DNA of 64,000 nucleotides, from assembly GCF_009914755.1 (NCBI RefSeq), contig NC_060927.1; one strand, 5' to 3'. Position numbers and translations under genes: made by a program. Shown one piece after another: positions 43,601 to 62,489 of this stretch. The notes beneath the pieces are model-generated. The model searched no databases. It saw only the letters and a program-made list of their open reading frames with translations, and was not told the DNA's origin. Within the stretch, counting starts at the first letter, position 1, and every line of letters begins with the position of its first letter. The stretch comes from the human T2T-CHM13v2.0 reference genome, Homo sapiens.

Positions 43601-44832
43601 CCCTGCTCTAGAGATCTGTGGCACTTTCAACTTGAGAGAGATGATGTAGGATATATGGCAGAAGAAATTTCTAAGCAGCAAAGCATTGAAGGCATGGTCT
43701 GGCTGCTTCTAAAAGCCTATAATCATTTGCATAAGCAAAGAGAGTATCTAAAACTGGAACTTATATTTAAAAGGGAAGCAGAGCATCAAAGTTTGGAAAA
43801 TTTGCCACCTGGCAATGTGGTAGAAAAGAAAATCTCCTACTGGACCACTGCCTAGTGGAGCTGTGAGAAGAGGGTCACCATCCTCCAGACCCCAGAATGG
43901 TAGATCCACAAGCAGCTTACACCATGCACTTGGAAAAGCTACATTTACTAAACATCACCCCATGAAAGCAGCCATGGGAGCTGTATCCTGCAGAGCTACA
44001 GAGGCAGAGCTGGCTGAAGTGTTAGTAACCTAGCCTTTGCATAAGTGTGGCCTGAATATGAGACATGTAGTCAAAGGAGATTATTTTGAAGCTTTGAGAT
44101 TTAAAGACTGCCCTGCTGGATTTTGCACTTTCACTGGGCCTGTAGCCCCTTGGTTTTGGCTGATTTCTCCCTTTTTCAATGGCACTATTTACCCATTTGT
44201 GGATAACTAGGATAAATTTGTGGAATGGGACTATATATCCCTATTATGTGTTGGAATTAACTAGTTTTTTATTTTACAGGCTCCTAGGCGAAGGGACTTG
44301 CCTTGTCTCAGATGATGCTTTGGACTGAACTTTTCAGCTAATGCTGAAATGAGCTAAAACTCTGAGGACTGTTGAGAAGAGATGGTTGTAGTTTGCAACG
44401 TGAGAAGGACGTGAAATTTGGGAGGGGCCAGGGAAGAATGATATGGTTTGACTCTGTCCCTGCCCAAATCACATGTCAAATTATAATACCTAATGTTGGA
44501 GGTGGGGCCTTGTGGGAGGTGACTGGGTCATTGAGGTGGTTTCTAATGGTTTAGCACCATCCGCCTAGTGCTGTCTTTTGATAGAGTTCTCCCAAGATCT
44601 GCTTCTTTAAACTTGTGTAACACCTCCTTTCTCTCTCTCTTCCTTCTGTTCCCTGCATGTAAGATGTGCTTTCTTCCCCTTTACCTTCCACCATGATTGT
44701 AAGTTTCCTAGGCCTCCCCAGAAGCAGAAGCCCGTACAGCCTGCAGAATAATACATTATTTGAACCTCTTTTCTTTATAAATTAATCAGTTTCAGGTATT
44801 TGTTTACAACAGTGTGAGAACAGACTACTACA
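40645..44832 (+). mobile_element. MSTA-like MaLR provirus: 5' LTR 40645-40918 + 43194-43313, deleted internal region 43314-44438, 3' LTR 44439-44832
   Basis: Both LTRs share tggtttagcaccatcc(c/g)cctagtgctgtctt and gtacagcctgcagaa. TSD tatgt/catgt. L1 ORF2 is contiguous across the insertion. Confidence 0.9.
40919..43193 (+). mobile_element. Full-length THE1B-like provirus (LTR 40919-41267, internal 41268-42842, LTR 42843-43193) nested in the MSTA 5' LTR
   Basis: tgatattgtttggctctgtgtcccc...gactaataca LTR ends, a roughly 1.6-kb internal region, PPT tttgggaggggccagggtggaa, degenerate TSD cctcc/ccttt. Confidence 0.92.
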
Positions 44833-46505
44833 CATGTTTATAAATTGAAAGAATTAATATTGTCAAAATGTCCATACTACCCAGAGCTATCTGCAAATTC
44901 ACTGCAATCCCTATCAAAATACTAATGCCATTCTTCAAATAAATAGAAAAAAAAACTCTCAAATGTGTATGGTTTCTTCAACTTGAAGTATTAAACAAAG
45001 AAAAAAAACAGAGATAGGCAAATGTGTATGGCACCACAAAAGACCAAGGTTAGCTAAAACTATTCTAAGCAAAAAGAACAAACTGGAGGAATTATATCAC
45101 TTGACTTTAAATTATACTACAGAAGTATAGTAATCAAAACAGCATGTTACTGGCATAAAAACAGACACCAACATAGACCAATGGAACAGAATAGAGAACA
45201 CCAAAATAAGTTCATACATCTACAGTTAACTCATTTTCACCAAAGATGCCAAGAACATACATTGGAAAAAGGACAGTCTCTTCAATAAATGGTTCTGGGA
45301 AACTTGATACTCATGTACAGAAGAATGAAATTAGACACCTATCTCTTGCCATATACAAAAATCAAATCAAAATGTATTAAAGACTTTAAAACCTCAAACT
45401 ATGAAACTACTGAAAGAAAACATTGAGGAAACTCTGCAGGACATTTGTCTCGGCAGTGGTTTCTTGAGGAATACCTCACAATCACTTGCATAAAGTAGAA
45501 AAAGCAAAAGTGGAAAAATAGGATCACATCAAGTTAAAAAGCTTCTGCACAGCAAAGGAAAAATCAACAAAGTAAAGAGACAATCCATAGACTGGGAGAA
45601 AATATTTGCAAACCATCCATCTGACAAAAGGTTTATGACAAAAATATATAAGAAGTTCAAACAACTGTATAGGAAAAAATCTAATAATCTGATTTAAAAA
45701 TGGACAAAAGATCTGAATAGACATTTCTCAAAAGAAGACATACAAATAAGAAGCAGGTGTATGAAAGGTGCTCAACATCATTGATCATCCAAGAAGTACA
45801 AATCAAAACTACAACAAGATATTATCTCACCCCAGTTAAAGTGGCTTTTATCCAAAACATAGGCAATAACAAATGCTGGTGAGAACCTGGAGAAAGGGGA
45901 ACCCTCGTACACTGTTGGTGGGAATGTGAATTAGTAAAGACACTATGGAGAACATTATGGAAGTTCCTCAAAATACTAAAAATAGAAATCCCATGTAATT
46001 CAGCAATACAACTACTGGATCTATACTTCAAAGAAAAGAAAACAGTATATGGAAGAGGTATCTGTACACAGAGGTATCTGTACATCTGTGTTTATTGTAG
46101 CTCTATTCACAATAGCCAGGATTTGGAATCAACCTAAGTATCCATCAACTGACAAATGGATAAAGAAAAAGTGGTAATTATACACAATGGAGTATTAGCC
46201 ATAAGAAGAATGAGATCCTGTCATTTGGAACAACATGAATGTAACTGGAGGATATTGTATTAAGTAAAAAAAGCCAGTAACAGAAAGCTAAGCTTTGCAT
46301 GTTCTCACTAAGTTGTGGGAGCTAAAAATTAAAACAATTGAACTCAGATAGAGAGTAGAATGATGGTAACCAGAGGCTGAGAAGAATAGTGCAGGGGGAA
46401 GTCTGGAAATGGGGAAGGTTAATAGGTACAAAAATATAGTTAGATACTATGAGTAAGATCTAATATGTGATAGTACGATAGAGTGACTACATTTAGCAAT
46501 TATTT

Positions 46506-46787
<282 letters not shown>

Positions 46788-47029
46788 CAATCAGCAATAA
46801 TTTGTTGTACATTTTATAATAACTGAGGGAATACAATTGAAATATTCGTAGCACAAAGAAATGATGAATGCTTGAGGTGATGAATACCCCATTTACGGTG
46901 ATATGATTATTACATATTGTATGCCTGTATCAAAATATCTCATGTACTCCGTAAACATAAACACCTATTAAGTACTCATAATTTATTTAATTTTAAAATA
47001 AATAAAAAAGAAGCCCAAGAAAAGTAAAT

Positions 47030-47900
47030 AATATTATATTTTCATTTCACCTTCTTTTTTTACAGTTTATGTTACTGATTATTAAATTCTAGGTTGAAAG
47101 TGGCTGCTAAATGTTTTGTTTTTGTGTGCTTTTTGAGTAGTTTGCTTGTTTTCTTCTCAGCAAATTAATAATGTTCTCTAGTCTTCTGGCTTCCAGTGTT
47201 CTGGAAAAAAGTAAGCCATAATTTGTGTATTTATTCTCTTCTATTTAATGTCTCACTTTTCTGGTTGCTTTTATATACTCTTTTTAATTTTGATTTTTGG
47301 CCATTTTGCTATGATATAATTAGGTGTGGTTTCCTTTGTACTTATTCTGTTTGGAAGTCATTATGATTCCTGCTAGTGTGGGTTGATATATTTCATCAAG
47401 TCTGAAAAGCTCTTGGTTTTTATCTCTTCAAATATCTTTTCTTCATTATTTTCCCTCCCCTCTCTCTCTGGGATTCTACTTATAAATAAGTTAGGAATTG
47501 TAACACAAATCTCTTTTGTTTCACTCTTATTTTTCTTTTTGTTGAAATGCGAATATTTCCTATTGACATATCTTTAGGTACATTTATCCGTTCTTCTGTC
47601 CAATTGCCATTAACCCTATAAAATAAATTATTAATTTCTATATTATTATTTACATTTCTAATAATTCCATTTTCTTCTATAGCAGATTCTTCTTTCTTGC
47701 ACCATTTCACTAGAGGTAAAAGCAGCTGTGTAGTTTCCTCTTATTAAATACTCATCACTGAAAGAGCATAATTCTTTTCAGTTTGAGATCTCTGATGGGT
47801 TTATAAAACTAGATTTTGTAGGTTACATAGATTGTTTGGGTTATTAGGATAAGACTTTTTACACTTTCCACATTTAAACTAAAAACAAAAGTGTTATTTA
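47030..47900 (-). mobile_element. Old L1M fragments (ORF1-region and 3'-like), approximate
   Basis: gtcttctggcttccagtgtt, ttttgctatgatataattaggtgtggtttcc, tatctcttcaaatatcttttctt. The antisense track ORF 47480-47710 is ORF1-like (..WTEERINVPKD..). Confidence 0.6.
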
Positions 47901-49577
47901 GTTTTTTTAAATATAAAGACTATAGAACTATGATATGTATTACTATGACTTCATTTTTAATTCAACCAATAATTAGACCAGTGGTCCTATCAAGAATCTA
48001 AAGATTTATGCTCTGGAACTTGCACCCCCAGGATCTAGAGGCTCATGCTCTGCAATTGGCACTGCAATGGATTACCTGTGAGGCTTGTGGGACTATATTT
48101 TAATCCTACAGTTTCTCTATATGTAAATGTATTAGAGTGGTTGTCCCTGGAAAAAGACAGAAAGAACAGCATTCAAATATAAATTTAAGAGACTTCATCT
48201 TTATTTAAGGCTCAATTCCCTTGAAAAATAAAAAAGAAATATGAGACCACTATGGCAGAATGTTAACAGTGATTAATTTTGGAAAGCCAATATCATACTA
48301 GCCTTTGTAATTTTCCATGGTTTTTGTAAATTTTTCAAAATTAAAAAATGTATACTAATAATATAAACACATCACCCTAACTGATGGAGCAACAAATGAC
48401 ACAAAGGTAAAATGACTAAAGATCAGCCAGAATAAGATGTCTAATAATGCAAAGCTTATAAAGATTTCAAGGAAATTGTTAATGGCCTGATGTTCCACAA
48501 ACTGTCAGGTCTTCCACTTGTCATTTGATATGAAAGTTGGCATATATGGAGGAGTGGAGCCAAGATGGCCAAATAGGAACAACTCCAGTATACAGCTCCC
48601 AGAGTGAGTAATGCAGAAGATGGGTGATTTCTGCATTTCCAAATGAGGTACCGGGTGTATCTCACTGGGGAGTGTTGGACAGTGGGTGCAGGACAGTGGA
48701 TGCAGAGCACTGAGCATGAGCTGAAGCAGGGCGAGGCATCACTTCACCCGGGAAGCACAAAGGATCAGGCAATTCCCTTTCCCAATCAAAGAAAGGGGTG
48801 ACAGATGGCACCTGAAAAATCGGGTCACTCCCACCCTAATACTGCACTCTTCCAACAGTCTTAGCAAATGGCACACCAGGAGATTATATCCCACGCATGG
48901 CTCGGAGGGTCCTACACCCACAGAGACTCACTCATTACTAGCACAGCAGTGTGAGATCAAACTGCAAGGCAGCAGCGAGGGTGGGGGAGAGGTGCCTGCC
49001 ATTGCCGAGGCTTGAGTAAGTAAACAAAGCAGCCAGGAAGCTCGAACTGGGTGGAGCCCACTGCAGCTCAAGAAGGCCTGACTGCCTTTGGAGAGTCCAC
49101 CTCTGGGGGCAGGGCATAGCCAAACAAAAGGCAGCAGAAACCTCTGCAGACTTAAATGTCCCTGTCTGACAGCTTTGAAGAAAGTAGTGGTTCTCCCAGC
49201 ATGCAGCTAGAGATCTGAGAACAGACAGACTGCCTCCTCAAGTGGGTCCCTGACCCCCAAGTAGCCTAACTGGATGGCACCCCCCAGTAGGGGCAGACTG
49301 ACACCTCACAGGGCTGGGTACTCCTCTGAAATGAAACTTCCAGAGGAACAATCAGGCAGCAACATTTGCTGTTCACAAATATCTGCTCTTCTGCAGCCTC
49401 TGCTGCTGATACCCAGGCAAACAAGCTCTGGAGTAGACCTCCAGAAAACTCCAACAGACTTGCAGCTGAGGGTCCTGACTGTTAGAAGCAAAACTAACAA
49501 ACAAAAAGGACATCCACACCAAAATCCCATATGTTCATCACCATCATCAAAGACCAAAGGTAGATAAAACCACAAAG

Positions 49578-50593
49578 ATGGGGGAAAAAAAGAGCAGAAA
49601 AACTGGAAACTCTAAAAATCACAGCACCTCTCCTCCTCCAAAGGAACACAGCTCCTCACCTGCAATGGAACAAAGCTGGATGGAGAATGACTTTGATGAG
49701 TTGAGAGAAGAAGGCTTCAGATGATCAAACTACTCTGAGCTAAAGGAAGAAGTATGAACCCATGGCAAAGAAGTTAAAAACCTTGAAAAAAGATTAGAGA
49801 AATGGTTAACTAGAATAACCAATGTAGAGAAGTCTTAAAGGACCTGATGGAGCAGTAAACCATGGCACGAGAACTACGTGATGAATGCATAAGCCTCAGT
49901 AGCTGATTCGGTCAACTGGAAGAAAGGGTATCGGTGATCGAAGATGAAATGAATGAAATGAAGCGAGAAGAGAAGTTTAGAGAAAAAAGAATAAAAAGAA
50001 ATGAACAGAGCCTCCAGGAAATATGGGACTATGTGAAAAGACCAAATCTATGTCTGATCGGTGTACCTGAAAGTGACGGAGAGAATGGAACCAAGTTGGA
50101 CAACACTCTACAGGATATTATCCAAGAGAACTTCCCCAACCTAGCAAGGCAGGCCAACATTCAAATTCAGGAAATACAGAGAATGCCACAAAGATACGCC
50201 TCCAGAAGAGCAACTCCAAGACACATAATTGTCAGATTCACCAAAGTTGAAATGAAGGAAAAAGTGTTAAGGGAAGCCAGAGAGAAAGGTTGGGTTACCC
50301 ACAAAGGAAAGCCCATCAGACTAAAAGCTGATTTCTTGGCAGAAACTCTAAAAGCCAGAAGAGACTGAGGGCCAATATTCAACATTCTTAAGGAAAAGAA
50401 TTTTCAACCCAGAATTTCATATCCAGCCAAACTAAGCTTCAGAACTGAAGGAGAAATAAAATACTTTACAGACAAGCCAATGCTGAGAGATTTTGTCAAC
50501 ACCAAGCCTGCCTTAAAAGAGCTCCTGAAGGAAGCACTAAACATTGAAAGGAATGACCAGTACTAGCCACTGCAAAAACATGCCAAATTGTAA
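49578..50593 (+). pseudogene. L1 ORF1p, disrupted
   Basis: ATG at 49578. Multiple stops and frameshifts. Fragment 49934-50368 matches ORF1p. Confidence 0.9.
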
Positions 50594-50656
50594 AGACCAT
50601 TGAGGCTAGGAAGAAACTGCATCAACTAATGAGGAAAATAACCAGCTAACATCATA

Positions 50657-54471
<3,815 letters not shown>

Positions 54472-55045
54472 ACAATGAGAACACATGGACACAGGAAGGG
54501 GAACATCACCCACTGGGGCCTGTTGTGGGGTGGTGGGAGGGCGGAAGGATAGCATTAGGAGATATACCTAATGTTAAATGACGAGTTAATTGGTATAGCA
54601 CACCAACATGCCACATGTGCACATATGTAACAAACCTGCACGTTGTGCACATGTACCCTAAAACTTTAAGTATAATTAAAAAAAAAGGAAAGTTGGCATA
54701 TCTAACTACAAAAGTCCCAGAAAAATGAAAAAAGAAAAAGTCTTCTTTTTGAATTATTAAAGGTCTGTGGAATCCCAAAGTCTCCCTAAAAAAGGGCACA
54801 TATGTGGGTATGTGTATAAGCACAGTGTCTTGTGTCAGTTTGTCATCCTCCAAATTCACATAAAAATACAAGAATTTAAGCAATGCAACAAAAACATAGG
54901 GCCCAGAAAAATAGCAAGAGGAGCTATAATATTTAGCAGTCACACAGAAGCACAAAATACTGACACTTCGTAAGGCTTAGAGTGTTCTCGTTCATCACAT
55001 TCATTTTAAAGAAGAAACTAAGATCTAGAGAGCCAATATCACTAA

Positions 55046-55397
55046 TGTGTCCCCACCGAAATCTCATCCTAATTTTAATCCCCATAATCCCCATGTGTGG
55101 AGGGTAGGACCTGGTGTGAGGTGATTGGATTGTGGGGGCAGTTTCCTATTCTCATGATAGTGAGTGAGTTCTCATGAGATCTGATGGTTTTTATATGGGG
55201 CTCTTCCCCCTTTGCTCCTCACTCTTCTCTCACCTGCCACCATGTAAGATGTGCTGGCTTACCATTCTACCATGATTGTAAGTTTCCTAAGGCCTCCCCA
55301 GCCGTATAGAACTGTGAGTCAATTAAACCTCTTTTCCTTATAAATTACCCAGTCTCAGGTAGTATTCTTTACAACAGTGTGAAAACGGACTAATACA
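55046..55397 (+). mobile_element. THE1D-like solo LTR lacking its first ~14 bp
   Basis: tgtgtccccaccgaaatctcatc..gatagtgagtgagttctcatgagatctgatgg..gtgtgaaaacggactaataca. Confidence 0.88.
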
Positions 55398-55755
55398 TCA
55401 CACTAGAAATATTTTAAATAAATAGAAAGTCTATTTAAGAAATTTACTTAGGAAAATGAAATGTATGCATTTAAAATCTATGTATTTAAAATCTATTTAT
55501 TCAAGAAATCTATTTTCTCAATCTATTGCTCTCTGCAACCATTCCACAAACTTTGAAACAATTCCTATTAGAAATTTCAGGTAGAAATGCCTTCTGCACC
55601 ACTATCACCCTACTATGTTCTGTCAGTAACCAAATTTATCAGTTCTTTAATTCAAAATCAAGTTTTCCACCTTCAAGATATATTTATATATTTTAATTGT
55701 CAAAAATATGAGTAGAGCTAGTAAAAGTACATAAAATCTACTCTGTGAAGTCTGA

Positions 55756-56219
<464 letters not shown>

Positions 56220-56378
56220 CACTTTTGTCCTTTCTGAAACAATCCTCTTGTCACCAGTCTCCAGTGTTTAGTCCTTTCATTTTATTTTTATGCTGCATCC
56301 AGTCTTATTGCCCTTGGGCATAGCTTAGATCTTCTACTACTTCATTTTTCACAGGCATTCACCATCATCTGGGTACCT

Positions 56379-56424
56379 GCACACACACACACATGCACAC
56401 ACATACACACACACACGTACACAT
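56379..56424 (+). repeat. Imperfect (CA)n microsatellite
   Basis: gcacacacacacacatgcacacacatacacacacacacgtacacat. Confidence 0.85.
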
Positions 56425-57505
56425 GCTTTAACTTAACTTGGCATATAAGAATCTCCACCAGATAAAATTTAGAATCAGTTTTATTGTTTTATCAGAAATG
56501 GAGTGGGGACATTAAGAGCAAAAAAAGTGCTAGTTTAAGACTAGCCTTCAATTTGAGAACTACCTGGAACAGGAAAATGATACTGTGAGGGATATTGTTT
56601 AAGTTCCCAACAGTAAAGAATAGAATAGAGCGGTGAGTATATAGAACACAGCACTATAACTAGGAAGTAATATCAGGGAAGAATGGTTCAATGGTGTGTC
56701 TGAAATCCTCACCCTGTCTGTGCTTTAAAAACACAGTCATCAATCATTTTGTCACTTTTTGAGTAGAATAACTTTTCTTCCTATGGTTTGAGACACTGTC
56801 CACTTATTATTTAGTCATCACAGAAGGACATAAGCCAGCAAACTCTACTTTTCTAGAAATAGCAAGTGATCACTGCATACCTCATGAAGTACAAGAAAAG
56901 ATCAAATTGCACGTATTTTTGAGTAAGTGTAATTAATATGCCAAATGAACAGGCAACTGTTGTCAGAGGAAATAGGATATCCTCATCAGCCATTGACCAT
57001 TTCTTATATGCACCCAATTTAAGGAGAGTAGGTGGAGGCAGTCCCACTCAAGCCACAGGAAATGAGTTTGCTAATGGAAAGAGGTTTCATACCGTAAAAA
57101 GAGGAAAAAGAAAATAAATCGTTCTAGACACTATACCAACTAGTCTGTTACTAAGCATAAAAGAAAAAAGACAATTTAATAAGAGATCCACATTCTTACA
57201 AATCTGTTAGCGTAATCTAATGAGTAATTTTTAAATTTACAGAATCAGGTGGAACCATTTTGTTAAGTACAAATTGTACAAATATCAGACATTATATATT
57301 CACTAAAATATTTTTGGTTTTGTGTTCTTGGCTATCTTTTCCTTTCTAGGTAGTAACTAACTAGTACGAGTACTCTAATAATTTGTGTTACACACTCTCC
57401 AAACTATTCCAGGTATCATATAGCTTCTCTTTATTAGGCAACCTTAAAACATAAATGTGTGGTTTTCTTCCTCCCTTCACTGAAGATGACAATAACATTC
57501 ACTGA

Positions 57506-57866
<361 letters not shown>

Positions 57867-59087
57867 GAAGTACAGTATATGTTTAAAATCATTTAAATCT
57901 TACCTCCTAATGCAAAGAAGAATTTGACATAAATTAGAGTAATGATTTGGTCAATTTGGCATTAAAATGCAAAATTGGCTCTCACATCACAATGCTGCTT
58001 AAATTAAACTAACAGATTTTTTAACGAGGCTTTTCCCCCCACAAACTCTCATTTGCATGTGTGAAGTCTCACTGTGAGGCTGCATAAGGCAGAATTAAAA
58101 ATAGATTTAGCGTGTATTGTATCTCAACAACACAAGAAAGACTTACATGAACTCCCCAGGTGCATGATACCCTGTAGTTATTTAAGGAACAGAACTAAAT
58201 TTGTGTATTCAGCTATTATACCCCTTGTCTGGTCAATCTACAGGGCTCAAGAATAGGTCATCTTATTATTGTGGTGTGTGCACAGAGTTTGCCCACTTTA
58301 AGATGGTGACAAGTCAGATTTTGAAAGTGCAACAGAAAGCAGAATGCTTAATGTATCAATTTAATATATAAATAATCTACAACTGAAACAAAGTGAAAAG
58401 ACATTTGTAATAATGACAAGATACAAATGCATAACATGAAAGTAGATGATGGACTCATTTCATGGTTACAGAAAATATAGATACTCTTATCATTATTTTC
58501 CATATCAAATGAATTGAGCAACCAAAGTAATTCTCGTAATAAAATTGCTTCCATCTGGACAAAGACTGAAAGTATTTCTATGCCTGAAGAGCCAATGATT
58601 ACATTGTTATTCGAATGAGTGGGAGTTCCTGGTCTGATAAGTACTTATGAAAATGTATTCGGAGAAGCCCCTATAAATAAAAAAAGGCAGTTAGCATTTT
58701 TTGAAGCTATGTCTAAATTCACAATATGCTTATTTGAAAAATTTAAAGAGAAATCAATACGAAAAACCCAATAAGTATGTTGACCATGTTTTCTAAAACT
58801 AACAATTCAGAGATCTACAATAACTAAGGACTTTGACTTTCATTTGTGATTATTGTAAATGGGAAGTCATGAGTGTTCAGTATATCAAAATTATCTTTTT
58901 TGTAAATATACTCATATTAAATTAGAGCTATATCACACCAACTATATCTAGGATCCCTCCACTAAAGCAGTTTTTAAAAATTCTTTTGGAAATGATTGTC
59001 AGTTTCTTCTATAGCTTTCTCAAGCAAAGCCATACTTTGGAGAAGATTTCCACTTCTGAGCATCTGGAGGTAGCAGGGACTGGGTTC

Positions 59088-60215
59088 ACCAAATGGTGCT
59101 GGAATACTTTAACATCCAAATGCAAATAATAAACCCCAAATTTTACCACACACCATATAAAATATTAGCTAAAAGCAGATGGATCGTAAACCTAAATGAA
59201 AACCTAAAACTATAAAATTTCTAGAAGATAGCAGAACAAAATTTTTGTAACCTTAGGTTAGCAAAGATATGTTAGGTAGGACACAAAAAGCACTAATCAT
59301 AAACTAAAATATTGATGAAATATCAAAATGAATCTTTTTGTGTCTTTCAAAGACACTGTTAAGAAAATAAAAGGCAAGCCACATACTAGGAAAAATATAT
59401 ACATAACATATATCTGGTATACAGAAAATATAAAGAACTTCTAATGATAACACAAATTACTCAATAGAACATAAATAAAATATTTAAATAAAAAATTTCA
59501 AATATATAGTAAATAAGTGGACAAAAATATGTTCAATATCATTAGTCAATAAAAAAATGCATAATACAAGATACCACTACACGCCCATTAGAATGGTAAA
59601 AATTTGAAAAGACTGACAAGTGCCAATGAAGATATAGAGCAACTGGAACTCACATGCATTGCAAGAAAATGTGAAATGGTATATCAACTTGAAAAACAGG
59701 GTAACACTTTCTTATCAAATTAAACCAACATTTATCATAAAACCCACTAATGTCACTCTTAGTCATTTGCCAGAAAAAGAAACCATATGTCCCTACAAAG
59801 ACTTGTCCCTGAGGGCTGTTTATGGCAGCTTTATTCATTATTGATAAAAACTGGAACAACCTACATGTCCATCAACCAGAGAATGGTTAAACTCAGCAAT
59901 AAAAAGGAACGTATTAATGATATACACAAGAACATGGACAGATTCAAAATCATCAAGCTAAATGAAAGAAGCCACACAGTAAATGACATTCTTAAAAAAA
60001 TAGCAAATTATAATGACAGAAAGCACAGTGGTTACTGGAAGCTGGAAGTAACGAGTGGGGATTTATTGCAAAGGGGTGCAAGAAGTTTTGGAAGTGATGA
60101 AAATAGTTTAATATCATAATTACACAGTGATTCAAACCTCATCAATTTGTACACTTAAAATTGGTCAATTTTATGATATAGAGGTTACAACTCACTAAAG
60201 CTTATTTTTAATAAA
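59088..60215 (+). mobile_element. Ancient L1ME-like ORF2 end and 3' UTR
   Basis: aaatggtgctgga..aaactataaaatttctagaaga..gagcaactggaactcaca..ggcagctttattcat..tttgtacacttaaaattgg. Confidence 0.8.
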
Positions 60216-62489
60216 TAAGTAGGCAAACACATGTAAGTATTGACATAAAAGTATTGAGGATATGGAACAGTATTTACTTAATGTATACTTTAAGCTGCCT
60301 AAGTATAACCAAATCTACTTCTCACTGTGGTCAAATGGCCAGTCAGAGGGCTACTGAGTATGAAGCCTAGAATAAAGGCTGCACAGGAGGCTCTGGGCCA
60401 TGTATTTAGGGGAATGCAATAAAGTATTAAGCCTTGGTGCTGGAGTGGTATAGGAGAGAGAGAGAGCTGGCAAATGTAACATTTCTGTAGAAAACTATGT
60501 CCATCTGCCAAGAAAAACTAAACAGCAGCAGCACCAGCTGTTCTTGTTGCGCCACAGATTGCAAGCCATGTTTCCCAAATTAACATCTCACCAACGCTTC
60601 CCCATCGAGTTTACACAAGACAGGAACTAAGTCAAGATAGGATCCAGGAAGAAAAATAAAGTAACAAGGAAGCCTGATTACAAATTAAGAAGCAAACAGC
60701 AAGCCTCTGTGTATATGAAGGGCAAGTTACATGATCTACAGAGAAATTAGTGTAAGATCAATTTACAGAGGCAGGTAGGGAGGGGGGAGCTGGTGTTTGT
60801 GAAGTGAAAGTCAGGTAGTAAGACTACAGTCTAGTCCTTTGCCTCCCTATTTCAGAAATGAGTGGGAGAAATGAAGACTAAATCAGCAGAGCATGCATGA
60901 TTAGGACTGTTCATGTGCCAAGTAACAAACTCAATGCATTACTTCCCATTAGACAGATGCTCAAAAGTTACAGATGAAATGAGTTATGCCACCAGTATAT
61001 ATTGCCTTAAACATTGAGATGACAATTCTTTCCATCTTGCTAAGGAAAGTACCTTCTAATCATATGTTAAAAGGAGTCTCATTTATTCTGTTTTGAGAAG
61101 TGTACCCCAATTGCACACTACTCTGGTTACTGGAGCAAAACTGCTTCCGTGTAGCTAGTGGCTGCTCTAACAGGGCCAGCATATTTCCATGTAATCTGCC
61201 AAAGATGTGAAGTGACCCCCTTTCACATGGTAAATTTCCTGAAGTCACTTTCTCTTCTTGTTCTTCCCTTCTTTTCCCTCTTTTTCTCCAATTTCCATCT
61301 CCTTCTCCAAAAACCAGGTTGTGTTTCCACTAGACACACGGAGCAGGTTGAAATAATGCCTGTTGTGTCATAGATGGCAATGCAATGGAGGAGCATCCTC
61401 TTATTAGAAACTGTGTCCATTCAGTATCCTCTAAATTAATCCAATTCTGAGCACAAAACAGGGTAGAGACAAGTGTACATTATTATATGTCATATCATTT
61501 GGTGTCAAGGAGCGGGGTAAAATGGAGGAAGTTTAACTAATATAGTAATTTTAATGTGACTATGAAAATGTAAGGCATTTATTCATGCTCCCATAGTGTG
61601 TTTTCTGAAAGCTATTTGGGAAAAAGAAAAAGTTTTTAGAACTTAGTTTACTCAATCTATGTTTAGTAAAACAAATCAGAAATACTTATGCTTTTATTTT
61701 GCCCAGTGTGCAAAGGTGAATATTTCATTTGCTTATGTAAGGAAAAATGAAAATTACTAAAATGCATAAAAGAATTATCTAAATTATGGCTAAGCATATT
61801 TTAAACAACATACATATTTTACTTTCTCTGAAACAAAAAAAAATTAATTTATAATTTAAATGTATTTTTTCATTTCTTGTTTGCAGGAAAACCAACATAA
61901 ACAACACACTTCAGTTTAAAGGAGAAAATGGATACTTTATCAGTCAATAAATAACATGTGTATTTGTCAAGGGCCCTTTTCCTATTTTTACTAAGTTATT
62001 ACAGCTTAAGGGTCACCATCCATGGGCCTTAATTTTCTCAACTGCATTCTAAAAGTACAACATGAATGATCCTGATAAGTATAACCACCTCTTACAAAGT
62101 AACTATTTCTGTCTTTAAAAATAGAAAATAATTTATTTATAAATAAATATTCTATAACTACTGCTAGAAATAAAACTAAGAGATATACATAATGTTGTTA
62201 TTCAGAAGTATTTTTTCCTGTCACTCTGAAGGCATTAATTTCATTGGTTTTATGATATCTGCAATCTTATGGGTTTCAAAATGTTCATATATTCTGCTGT
62301 TAAGGCAAATACTAAATGACATTTGCAATTATTCACACCCAAAATAAATTTTGCTTGAGTCATGATAAAAGAAATCTTTCAAAAATTAACTGAAGGGAAA
62401 AAAAAATAAATCCCCTCTCTTCAAATCATAGTAAAATATAGGTTCCGGGTAGGTACATTACTGTTATAGTTAATAGAGTGAAATTGCTC

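Noticed and set aside
45480-45500. aatcacttgca matching 38130-38140 as another templated patch
   Set aside because: Only 11 exact bp; too short to distinguish from chance.
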